Assembly: GCA_964645535.1 (NCBI GenBank) | Contig: CAZYCQ010000001.1 | Location: forward strand, 64,001-128,000 | DNA from: an uncultured archaeon | Lineage (GTDB): Archaea > Asgardarchaeota > Heimdallarchaeia > Heimdallarchaeales > Kariarchaeaceae | Length of the DNA stretch: 64,000 bases | Reading direction: 5' to 3' | Shown here: positions 1 to 8,915 of the stretch, piece after piece | Numbering within the stretch: position 1 is the first letter of the stretch | Layout: every line of letters starts with the position of its first letter | Position numbers and translations under genes: made by a program | Notes under the pieces: model-generated | The model's input: only the letters and a program-made list of their open reading frames with translations | Told to the model about the DNA's origin: nothing | The model's database searches: none

Positions 1-2
1 AA

Positions 3-722
3 TACAATATTACTGTAATGGTGATCAATACTGATGGTGATACGGCAACAGCAACCACAATAGTCCAAGTTCAGGATACCACACCCCCAGTCATACATAT
101 TTTAGGAGATATGATTTTAGATGCGACAGAGCCTCAGGAACTTAATCTTTCCATAATTGAACCTTTCCCCCACTCAATTCAGATCCGCTATAAAGAACAG
201 ACAATTCTATTTTTAAGGCCATGGAATGGAAGCATGTTTTTCCAGCCATTAATGATTACTGGAGAACCCAACACATTTGCACAGGTGGATATCGGTGTTG
301 TAGATACTTCTGGCAACATTGCCAATAAGTCAGAACTCATTCAATGGAAAGATCTTACACCACCTTCAATCCAAGATTTAGAGGACATCACCATAACTGT
401 GGGTGAAACGAGAGATTTGACATGGACATGGGAAGAAAAATTTGTTGAAAAAGTAACAATGTACAAAAATGCAGAGATAATTTTTGAGACAACGGAATTT
501 ATTTCTTCAATTGAATTTACAGTTGGCGAGGCCAGTCCAGGAACAGTGGAATACAAGATAGTAATTGAAGATGCAGGGAACAATACAGCAATCAGTACAG
601 TTAATGTTGCCGTGATCGACATTGTAACCTCAGAAGCCTCAGGTCAAGCCTTCCTATCATTTGAAATCATCTGGTTTGCAGTCCCCATCATCCTTGCAGG
701 CAGAAAAAGACTTAGGCTTTGA
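3..722 (+). CDS. C-terminal part of a cell-surface protein with Ig-like repeats and C-terminal membrane anchor (5'-truncated by window)
   Basis: Frame open from window edge; repeated D-T/L-T-P-P and D-x-x-G-N motifs of tandem Ig-like domains; ends in a hydrophobic segment plus RKRLRL. Confidence 0.75.
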   Translation, partial: YNITVMVINTDGDTATATTIVQVQDTTPPVIHILGDMILDATEPQELNLSIIEPFPHSIQIRYKEQTILFLRPWNGSMFFQPLMITGEPNTFAQVDIGVVDTSGNIANKSELIQWKDLTPPSIQDLEDITITVGETRDLTWTWEEKFVEKVTMYKNAEIIFETTEFISSIEFTVGEASPGTVEYKIVIEDAGNNTAISTVNVAVIDIVTSEASGQAFLSFEIIWFAVPIILAGRKRLRL

Positions 723-2391
723 TCCAAACCTCTGTTTTTCCCTCAAATATTTTGATGATGAACCAACCATCTTCAACCAATGTTTCAAAAAGATCGTCCA
801 TTTCAAAATATCGATATCTAGGAAGGACTATGTAATTGTACGTCCCTTGATTTAACGCAGTTTTTAGCTCAAGCGTATAAGTCGAATTGACCCAATATAT
901 GGGAACATCATTATGAAGATAAGTATACGCACCTGTCAGGAACCATCTTTCGACAATGATAAGTCCTTCCAAATCATCTTGTTGTCCTACATAGGAGATA
1001 GCAGCATTGATATCGGAACCGAATTGGAAAACTGGTGTATAATACATGTGAACAAATGATGAGAAAGTGATTGAAAAAATAAAAAGGAAAACTGTTAAAT
1101 TGTAAATTCCTTGGGGATGAAAATTTGGTATTTTTCCTTTTGGAACCTTTTGAAGTTTGGAAAGTACGTTTTCCAAAAATTCCGAAAATAGGAAAATGAA
1201 CATGCTTATAGCAACAAAGTAAATGACATAAATGTTCATCATGAATCTTTCTTCCTTATGGCTTGCAGAATTCCAAAACAACAATCCAGCCCTCCATGGT
1301 GTCTCGTACAACAGCCAACCCAAGAAAATGGAGAGCATTAAACGGACAAATTCCTTGGTAAGGTGGTGAGATGGAAAAAATTGGTCAAATATTTTCCTTC
1401 TTCTGAAATACACATTACCCATGAAAAACAGAAAGGATAGGAGAAGAACAGAAATTAAGCCCAATCCATTTTCTATGACAAGTCTATAGGCATACCAACC
1501 AAACGGAGCAACGCCAAAGGAATCGGAATTTCCTTCAAGAACGTTGAATTTAAACCATTGAACTGGAACAATGCCAAAATCCTGTATTCCTTCATACATG
1601 AAAGCATCAATCGACATTCCCACAATCCATCCTCCAAGGGAAGGGGTCAAAACAACACTAAGATCTTCCAGAAATTGTTCCTTTTTCCCCTCCATAAAGT
1701 CAAAAACTTGGTGCACGACTGCCATGGAAAACAAAATAATTAGGAAATCAATCCTGACGTAGGTTGCAATTCCAAATCCAATGAAATAAACCAATTTTTC
1801 CTTTATAGTTTCATCTTCCGATGCGGCGGAAAGTCGTCTTTCATAAAAAGTCGCAATTGCATATATGAATATGGGGAGAAAAAAGACATTGAAAAGCGGC
1901 CGAGTCGTAATGTAAGCAATTTTCCACCAGATAGCCACAAGGAACCCACTTGTATAACCGATTTTTTTGTCTTGACTGATGACATCTCCCAGTCTTTTGG
2001 TGGCCGGAATTAGCATGAATGAAATGCAAGCCATTGTCAGCCGAATGAGGGGCAATGTGACACTCCAATATGGCAAATGCGAAACCTTGGCAATCCAAAA
2101 TATTGCCGCAAAGAATAGAGGAATAATCCATGATCTTGCTTTTGCATAGGATGGCGTATCAGGATTTGAAAGTTGAAATTCAGGAGGAACAAAACCATAA
2201 CCATAAACAATATAATGACCCATTTCTAGTGATTGAAAAATTTCATCAGGATGATATATCCCCGTTCCAGTTAAAGCATAAAAAATCCTCAAAATCAATC
2301 CTAAAACTACACCAATGTAGTATAATTTTCTGAATACACTGACATCGATTTCATTGATGAAATTTAGGTAGTGCTTTGATCGGTTAGCCAT
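712..2391 (-). CDS. GT22 family (PIG-B/ALG9-like) polytopic mannosyltransferase
   Basis: N-terminal HPDEIFQSLEMGH resembles the PIG-B PDEYWQSLE motif; HKEERF near the C-terminus; many TM segments; likely start MANRSK at 2391 (ORF open to 2475). Confidence 0.8.
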   Translation of the reverse strand: MANRSKHYLNFINEIDVSVFRKLYYIGVVLGLILRIFYALTGTGIYHPDEIFQSLEMGHYIVYGYGFVPPEFQLSNPDTPSYAKARSWIIPLFFAAIFWIAKVSHLPYWSVTLPLIRLTMACISFMLIPATKRLGDVISQDKKIGYTSGFLVAIWWKIAYITTRPLFNVFFLPIFIYAIATFYERRLSAASEDETIKEKLVYFIGFGIATYVRIDFLIILFSMAVVHQVFDFMEGKKEQFLEDLSVVLTPSLGGWIVGMSIDAFMYEGIQDFGIVPVQWFKFNVLEGNSDSFGVAPFGWYAYRLVIENGLGLISVLLLSFLFFMGNVYFRRRKIFDQFFPSHHLTKEFVRLMLSIFLGWLLYETPWRAGLLFWNSASHKEERFMMNIYVIYFVAISMFIFLFSEFLENVLSKLQKVPKGKIPNFHPQGIYNLTVFLFIFSITFSSFVHMYYTPVFQFGSDINAAISYVGQQDDLEGLIIVERWFLTGAYTYLHNDVPIYWVNSTYTLELKTALNQGTYNYIVLPRYRYFEMDDLFETLVEDGWFIIKIFEGKTEVWIKA

Positions 2392-2471
2392 CAAAAAACC
2401 TGACGTAATCATCAATTTATAGCTTTTTTCATTACCCAAGATATCCCATATGAAAATGGGAAAATTTGGTT

Positions 2472-3410
2472 TCATCTGAAATAATGAGCTTGGGAAATCA
2501 TGTCATCAATTTTGACAAAGTGAAGACGACCATTTTTTCCGAAATCTCTGATGATTTCATGGGGTTTGTCTGTATGAATGTGCAATTTTGCCAATTCCCC
2601 TTCAGAAGTAAGCATGAAATATGACCCTCTTTCAGAAAAATCTTGCCTGAGCTTGTCTATTGGTGATGAAGTTTTGATCAATGCTTCCGTGCAATATCTG
2701 TTGTCCGTCGATGTTTCAACTTCTTCCAGATCAATATGGCTTTTCAATCCTTCAAGACCAGAAATGATTTCCTCCTGCACCATAACTTTTGAAACATGTT
2801 CTTCAATCGTAAGAGCCCACCCTTGAAGGACATAAACTACACCAAGGGCACCTGAATCTACAACGCCACCATCTTGGAGAACATCCATCATTTCTCTTGT
2901 TTTCAGAGTTGCCTCTTGGCTAACTTCAAAAATTTCGTGGATAAAAGTTGACCAAGAGACGGAATGTAACTTTTGGGCATGATCTGCAATGAAGCGGAAC
3001 ACTGTTAACATGGTTCCCTCCTTAGGATCCATCATTGCGCGGTATGCTTTTTTCTTTCCTGCTTCCAACGCTTTTGCAAAGCTTTCGGGAGTTATGTGTT
3101 CCGATGTATTCAACTCATGGATCCAGCCTCTCAGAAACTGGGATAAAATTGTACCAGAATTGCCTTTGGCACCAATGAATGCACCTTGTGAAATGGCTTC
3201 AGTAATGCCCTCTTTGTCGTCTTTATCAATTTCATTGACCCTTTTGACGATTTCCTTAAGCGTAAGGTACATGTTTATTCCAGTATCTCCATCAGGGACT
3301 GGGAAAACATTAATTGAATCCAGATAATCTTTTTTCTCCTCAAAAATTTCAATGGATTTTTTCATCATCTTCGGGATGATTTCCCATGGCAAATGTTGTC
3401 CATTATCCAC
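2472..3410 (-). CDS. DAK2-domain protein, fatty acid kinase subunit A (FakA/YloV)-like, short form
   Basis: INVFPVPDGDTGINM, GAKGNSGTILSQF, P-K-EGTMLTV, VVDSGA, YCTE and KLHIHT motifs. Confidence 0.85.
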   Translation of the reverse strand: MDNGQHLPWEIIPKMMKKSIEIFEEKKDYLDSINVFPVPDGDTGINMYLTLKEIVKRVNEIDKDDKEGITEAISQGAFIGAKGNSGTILSQFLRGWIHELNTSEHITPESFAKALEAGKKKAYRAMMDPKEGTMLTVFRFIADHAQKLHSVSWSTFIHEIFEVSQEATLKTREMMDVLQDGGVVDSGALGVVYVLQGWALTIEEHVSKVMVQEEIISGLEGLKSHIDLEEVETSTDNRYCTEALIKTSSPIDKLRQDFSERGSYFMLTSEGELAKLHIHTDKPHEIIRDFGKNGRLHFVKIDDMISQAHYFR

Positions 3411-3468
3411 ATCTTGGAAAAAGATCGAATTATTTTATGGCTTTCCGTTAAGTGAGTGAAAAGAATTG

Positions 3469-4452
3469 TTAGTTGTCATCTTCATTTGTAGAAACAAACT
3501 CTTCTTCTTCGAAAATTTCCTCTCCGTTCTCATTCTTTTCTTTTTCAGAATCATCTTGAGAAGGTTCAACCTCTTCAACAGATTTCTTATTCTCTTCTTC
3601 CAAAGTTTCAAGTTCGTTTATATCGAAAATATCAGACCAATATTCCTTGTAATTTGGATTGATTTCGACTCCAAAGGCAAATCTCCGATAGCGTTGGGCA
3701 ATACGGACAACCTCACCGGTTCCTGCAAAAGGGTCAAAAATGACATCGCGAGGACAGGACCAAAGTGAAAGAGCTCGTTTTACCAAATGCTCAGAGAATT
3801 GTTCATACAAGGTACCATCAATATCCACTTTTGTAAAACCATCAATAGTCCAGACGGAGTTCAGATAATGAGGACGGCGTTTGCCCTTGCATCTTCTGTT
3901 TTTTTCTCCTCGTTTCAGAACAATGAGGTGCGAATGGATCAGAGAGTTTTGGACATTTGGGGCAAGGTGTATCAACTTTGATTGCGATTTTTCCGGAATG
4001 CTGACAATAATAACTTCATCCCAAAGGTTCCATCCAATTTGTCGTGCAATTGATATGAGATCGCCTACCATGGGGTAATAGCCCGTGATATTTTCTTCTT
4101 CGTCAAGTATGGGATCATTTTGAACAGAAAAGATAGCAAAACCGCCTTCTTTTGTTGCTCTAAATAGACCTTTAAAGATTCTACCCATGAATTCCAAATA
4201 CCCTTCATAGTCTTCCCAAAGCAGACGTCGTTCACCATCACGTTTCTCGACATATATTTTGTCTTTTGGTGTTGGTGGTCTTGTCAATGTCAGAGAAAGA
4301 AGATTCGTAGGAATTTTCCTGATAAAAAACTGTGAATCTCGGATATGGATCTTCCCAAGTAGATATTCCTTTTTCAAGGGTCTGATCCGGAATCTTCTTC
4401 TTCTTTTGCCTCGTGTAACACTTTGCTCTGACATCAATCTCCATTTTTCCAA
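3469..4452 (-). CDS. N4/N6 amino-methyltransferase-like protein (beta-class order) with degenerate catalytic motif
   Basis: C-terminal SAM motif VIFDPFAGTG and GVEINP; catalytic position reads LTRPPT instead of TSPPY/DPPY; basic N-terminus, acidic C-terminal tail. Confidence 0.7.
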   Translation of the reverse strand: MEKWRLMSEQSVTRGKRRRRFRIRPLKKEYLLGKIHIRDSQFFIRKIPTNLLSLTLTRPPTPKDKIYVEKRDGERRLLWEDYEGYLEFMGRIFKGLFRATKEGGFAIFSVQNDPILDEEENITGYYPMVGDLISIARQIGWNLWDEVIIVSIPEKSQSKLIHLAPNVQNSLIHSHLIVLKRGEKNRRCKGKRRPHYLNSVWTIDGFTKVDIDGTLYEQFSEHLVKRALSLWSCPRDVIFDPFAGTGEVVRIAQRYRRFAFGVEINPNYKEYWSDIFDINELETLEEENKKSVEEVEPSQDDSEKEKNENGEEIFEEEEFVSTNEDDN

Positions 4453-4500
4453 TCCTTTTATTAATACATCCGTATGTGTTCGTTCCAGAACCGATTTTAA

Positions 4501-5181
4501 TCAATTATCCCTTGTAGGAATGCTGAAGAACAACCAAGAACCAAAAAATACCAAGATCACAAATGAAACGGTTGAAGTTATTGGATTGAAAATTCTTGGA
4601 AAGAAGGTACCTAAATAAACTACTAGATTGACTATTGCAAGGATACCTGCAACAATGGTAATCCATCTAATACGATCCTCAAAATAATCCTGAAGCAAAC
4701 TTATTAGAGAAGGATCTATCTCTCTTTCTTCCTCAAGAACCATATCGATCCGACTGAAGTAAAATTTCTTGATTGTCAGTTCAGTCAGTTCATGGATGAT
4801 TAGAAACGATAAAGTCAAACTTATGGGCAACAAAATCACATGTTCAAATACAATATGCATAATGAGACCATCAACAATTGAAAAAGAAAGCAATCTACCC
4901 ATGAAAGGATCTTGGAAAAGATTTTTGCTCTTTAAAGCGACAATCAGTCCAAGAGGAAACAAGACCCAAGTGGAAAATCCAAATATCTTTTCGAAAATTG
5001 GAATACTGTCAGGCAATAGGATGATGGCAATGAGGAAATTTAGCATATTTCCGAAAATCTGGAAATAGGAAGAAAGAACAGCCAAGATTTTTGCCCAGCG
5101 GTTTAATTTCATGATAAAACCTTTTTGTTCGAAAATGTTGTCAATCGTTCGAGAAGTTTGAAAAGCACTTAATGAGCTCAT
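4501..5181 (-). CDS. Hypothetical membrane protein of the MoxR cluster
   Basis: About 6 hydrophobic segments; 4-bp overlap with the DUF58 gene. Confidence 0.65.
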   Translation of the reverse strand: MSSLSAFQTSRTIDNIFEQKGFIMKLNRWAKILAVLSSYFQIFGNMLNFLIAIILLPDSIPIFEKIFGFSTWVLFPLGLIVALKSKNLFQDPFMGRLLSFSIVDGLIMHIVFEHVILLPISLTLSFLIIHELTELTIKKFYFSRIDMVLEEEREIDPSLISLLQDYFEDRIRWITIVAGILAIVNLVVYLGTFFPRIFNPITSTVSFVILVFFGSWLFFSIPTRDN

Positions 5182-6455
5182 TGTTTCACCTCCGAAATTG
5201 CTCGAACACGATCAACATTGTAGGCCAACGAACGATCTAGACCCAAATGCGGATCCCAATTGTACACTCGAACTCCCTTTTTCTTAACCTGATTTTCAGT
5301 CAGTTCCCTCTTCATTTTGACAAGGGTCTTGGCAGTTCGTTCTTCCACAGAATCATGTTCTGATATGGTAAGTTCATTGTAGTTTGGAGAAAATACAGTA
5401 AGTCTACCCATCAGTGAAAGTTTATCAATTAAAATATGGTTAAGAGCCTGATCACGCAGAGGGGAGAACAAGAGAACTTCGTTCTGTGAGCCTGCCTTTT
5501 CTAAAACCGCGTGTAACCGTTGCTTGAACAAGTTCAATTCGGTAATTTTCATAGGCTTGGCAAGAGCCAAATAATGGCTAATTTGCAACAATTTTTTCCT
5601 GTTCGAAGTCGGCGGGAAATAAGCTGCGACATTCGAAACGACCAGAAGACCAGTTCGGCATTGGTTATTTATGAAGAAATCCAAAAGACCCATTACAGTT
5701 TTACTTGTCTCTTCAATCAATGTCTCATTGGCTTGAACCATATCGACAACGATCAAGATTTTTGTGGACTGTTCAATTTGAAATTCATTGGAATGAAGTT
5801 TCCAATATTTGGAGGTCACTTTCCAATTGATCCGTTTCAAGGTATCAGTAGGGACATATTCCCTAATACCTGCGAAATCCCAACCCTCTCCAACTAGTTT
5901 GGTTTGGAAAGGCCCCCCATAAGACCTGAGAAATTGAGCTGTGAATGGCGTTTTTGAAATTTTTGCAGGAACTGGCAAGACGATGATATCAAATGTGGTT
6001 TCCACTTCATAGACACTCGTTCTCAATTCCGAAAAATCATGGGAGAAAACCCGGACAGGACCAATCTTAAAAGAGCCTAGTTTGGGTATTGAAATTCCGT
6101 ACCGAATTTCAAATGTGCTGTTCGGCTCTAATTTAATGAGAAAGTTGTTTGTGCCTTCAATCAACCTGGCATATCGAGGGATGATGTCATAAATATTTCC
6201 TCTGAATGGTTTAGAACCTTTATTTCGAATTGTTAGGGTAATGGGAATTAAGTTTTCATTATGAAAATATTTTTGGGGGATATGTCTTGTGATTTCAAGT
6301 TCAGGTAACTCATGGGATAGAAGGAACTTCAGGAAGACAATTGAGCCAATAGATAGCAAACCCATTAACCAAACAGGATTTCCAGTGATCACGCTTAGAA
6401 TAATGAAGAGTGTTGCAAAACCCCTTGCAGGGATGATTTTTTGGCCGAGTCCCAT
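5178..6455 (-). CDS. DUF58 / vWA-like MoxR partner protein
   Basis: GWDFAGIREYVPTDTLKRINWKVT signature; N-terminal TM plus Ig-like part; start moved to the ATG just after the MoxR stop. Confidence 0.85.
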   Translation of the reverse strand: MGLGQKIIPARGFATLFIILSVITGNPVWLMGLLSIGSIVFLKFLLSHELPELEITRHIPQKYFHNENLIPITLTIRNKGSKPFRGNIYDIIPRYARLIEGTNNFLIKLEPNSTFEIRYGISIPKLGSFKIGPVRVFSHDFSELRTSVYEVETTFDIIVLPVPAKISKTPFTAQFLRSYGGPFQTKLVGEGWDFAGIREYVPTDTLKRINWKVTSKYWKLHSNEFQIEQSTKILIVVDMVQANETLIEETSKTVMGLLDFFINNQCRTGLLVVSNVAAYFPPTSNRKKLLQISHYLALAKPMKITELNLFKQRLHAVLEKAGSQNEVLLFSPLRDQALNHILIDKLSLMGRLTVFSPNYNELTISEHDSVEERTAKTLVKMKRELTENQVKKKGVRVYNWDPHLGLDRSLAYNVDRVRAISEVKQ

Positions 6456-6465
6456 AAAAATCCAC

Positions 6466-7416
6466 TCAAACAACTCGTGGAGCTGGAATACGATGGAAGA
6501 TTTCCGTAAGGATCGTTCCAGCATTAACACCACTAATTATATCACCTGATCTCAATATAATTCGGTGTCCCAACACAGGAATAAGGACATCTTGGATGTC
6601 TTGGGGATTGACAAAGTCACGACCGTTAAGCAATGCCCAAGCCTTTGAGGCTTGGATTAAACCCAAGCTTCCTCTAGGGCTGGCACCTACAGCAATTTGT
6701 CCATGATTTCGTGTCTTTTCAACAATGGTGACTGCATATTCGATTATCGGATCACTGACATGAACTTCTTCCACCAATCTCTGTAATGCCAATACATCTT
6801 CTTTAGTAGCTACGGTATCAATATCAACTTCTTCTTTTTTCCTATCCACTCGGTTTCTCACGATTTGCATTTCATCCTTCTTCGATGGATAACCAACACT
6901 TAATTTCATGAGAAACCTATCAAGTTGAGCTTCGGGAAGTGTGAAGGTTCCCTCATATTCCAAGGGGTTTTGGGTTGCCAAAACGATGAAGGGTGGATCC
7001 AATGAATAGGTGTTGCCATCTACAGTCACTGTTCTTTCCTGCATGGATTCCAAAAGAGCAGATTGTGTTTTGGGGGTTGCACGGTTGATTTCATCCGCCA
7101 ACAGTAGATTTGTAAAAACAGGACCTTGCCTGAATTCGAATTGGTTGGAAGACATGTTGAACATGGATATCCCTGAAATATCAGCAGGGAGAAGATCCGG
7201 AGTAAATTGGATTCTAGAGAAATCCAACCCAGTCGCTTGACCAAAGGTCCTGATCATGAGAGTTTTCCCCAAACCAGGTAGATCTTCAAATAGAATATGG
7301 CCGTTAGATAAAATCCCAGCCATAACGTATTTCAAAACCTCATCTTTTCCGATGATGGCTTTTTTGACCTCATTCAGTATTTGATTTATTTTTGTTGATG
7401 CTTGTTCAAAATTCAT
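6466..7416 (-). CDS. moxR: MoxR family AAA+ ATPase
   Basis: GHILFEDLPGLGKT, RIQFTPDLLPADI, LLADEINRATPKTQSALLE, ATQNPLE, LPEAQLDRF. Confidence 0.95.
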   Translation of the reverse strand: MNFEQASTKINQILNEVKKAIIGKDEVLKYVMAGILSNGHILFEDLPGLGKTLMIRTFGQATGLDFSRIQFTPDLLPADISGISMFNMSSNQFEFRQGPVFTNLLLADEINRATPKTQSALLESMQERTVTVDGNTYSLDPPFIVLATQNPLEYEGTFTLPEAQLDRFLMKLSVGYPSKKDEMQIVRNRVDRKKEEVDIDTVATKEDVLALQRLVEEVHVSDPIIEYAVTIVEKTRNHGQIAVGASPRGSLGLIQASKAWALLNGRDFVNPQDIQDVLIPVLGHRIILRSGDIISGVNAGTILTEIFHRIPAPRVV

Positions 7417-7933
7417 GATCATCACCTATATTTGGATAAATATGCTTAAGTTTCTCTATTAATTTATAAAGCTCGACCTTTACTTTTTCCTCATCTACCT
7501 TACGGAAAAGGAAGGAGCTTGAGGATCCTACTGAGTTCATCCAAAGAGCGGGATTGAAAAAGAATAGACGAATATCTTTGTCAGGAATTATCTTTTTCAT
7601 CTCTTCAGAAGAGCTTCGTATGGCAATAAATTCACTGTCAGACATTCCCAGCATAGCAGCAAGGATTGAGGATAGTTCCCGTCTAATGAGAAATACGTAA
7701 CCTTTGATCTCAGATGACCGCAACATATCAACCAATAGACCCAATTCTTCCAACGGTCGCCCTCGTGGACTGGCATCTGTATTCAAAACTTGGTCATAAG
7801 GAAGCCATTCATCGGTCTCTTGGTTTTGAAGGTAACTCAAAATGAAAAATATCGAAAGGGCAATGGAAAATAGCCATAACCAACCTTGGTTGAATATCAA
7901 ATCCAGAAAGGCAAGTAAATCCTCAGTTGCCAC
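7406..7933 (-). CDS. Hypothetical membrane-anchored protein of the MoxR cluster
   Basis: N-terminal TM; overlaps both neighbours; position typical of archaeal MoxR operons. Confidence 0.65.
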   Translation of the reverse strand: MATEDLLAFLDLIFNQGWLWLFSIALSIFFILSYLQNQETDEWLPYDQVLNTDASPRGRPLEELGLLVDMLRSSEIKGYVFLIRRELSSILAAMLGMSDSEFIAIRSSSEEMKKIIPDKDIRLFFFNPALWMNSVGSSSSFLFRKVDEEKVKVELYKLIEKLKHIYPNIGDDHEF

Positions 7934-8825
7934 TCAAAGGCACCTCCTTTTTCAGCAAAGACAAAACTTGATCAGCAGCTTCTCGTGCTTCTTCAACATG
8001 GCTTTCAGTTAATTCATGGGAAGAGAACCGAGCAAGTTCATACAGTTCAGTTAATATTGAGAAATAGTCAGACCCAGGAGAACCAAGCTCATCAACTAAC
8101 TCCCATAAGAACCTTGAAGGAGTATACCATGTTGGAACTCTTCCAATTTTTCCCTCAATCCGGTAACAGGTTGATCGGTAGATCTCAATTATGTCTTTTT
8201 GGAGTTTACTGACTTTTGATTGGTATGGGTCTTCCTCAATGAGTTCAAGATCCGCCTTGTTCTTGACAATAACTGCAAAAAAGAGCAGGTATATGAAAAA
8301 TATGGCCACAATTATAGTCACGAGAATATTGAACCACTCGGTTGCATTGACCAACCAACGAGGAGGAGCTTCAGTCACCGTAACCGTTCTGGTATAGGTG
8401 AAAAAAGACCCATCTGTCACGTTAGTAAATGTTTCTGTGACAACAGAAATGTTGTCATCACTTACGGTTCGACTTGTGGGGAAACGGTTTTGGCTTTCGT
8501 CGAAAAGGAGAGAGGGACGATAGCTAGCCAAAAAAGCCAACACTATGCCTGTGAGGACAATCGGCAAAAAGATTGCATCAAACCGATCAATTTTGAGACC
8601 CATTGATCTTAATGCGAAAATCAGGAAAAGGTACATTGCAATACCGAAGGGAAGCAGGATCTCAACCGTTGGATTGCTCACCAACAGCTCGATCTTACCT
8701 TTGATAAGCAATTCCGAAAGGAGGATATAGAACCCTAAAAGGGAAGCCCCTCCTTTTGCAAGCATTCCACGGTTAAGATCGAGATCTGAAAAACTCATCT
8801 GACAATTGCTCATTCGTTTGGACAA
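7923..8825 (-). CDS. DUF4129-domain membrane protein
   Basis: TM segments followed by IIEIY...TPSRF...LTELYELARFSSHELT. Confidence 0.8.
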   Translation of the reverse strand: MSKRMSNCQMSFSDLDLNRGMLAKGGASLLGFYILLSELLIKGKIELLVSNPTVEILLPFGIAMYLFLIFALRSMGLKIDRFDAIFLPIVLTGIVLAFLASYRPSLLFDESQNRFPTSRTVSDDNISVVTETFTNVTDGSFFTYTRTVTVTEAPPRWLVNATEWFNILVTIIVAIFFIYLLFFAVIVKNKADLELIEEDPYQSKVSKLQKDIIEIYRSTCYRIEGKIGRVPTWYTPSRFLWELVDELGSPGSDYFSILTELYELARFSSHELTESHVEEAREAADQVLSLLKKEVPLSGN

Positions 8826-8915
8826 TTTTTAATGTTCGCCTTCAACTGAAAGAGGATATGAATTTTTATAGACATTTATACGAGGAATTTAATTGAGAAA
8901 TACCAAATATGCAAT

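Noticed and set aside
3469-4452. Restriction-modification or defence island
   Set aside because: No nuclease partner, catalytic motif altered, and neighbours are housekeeping-like
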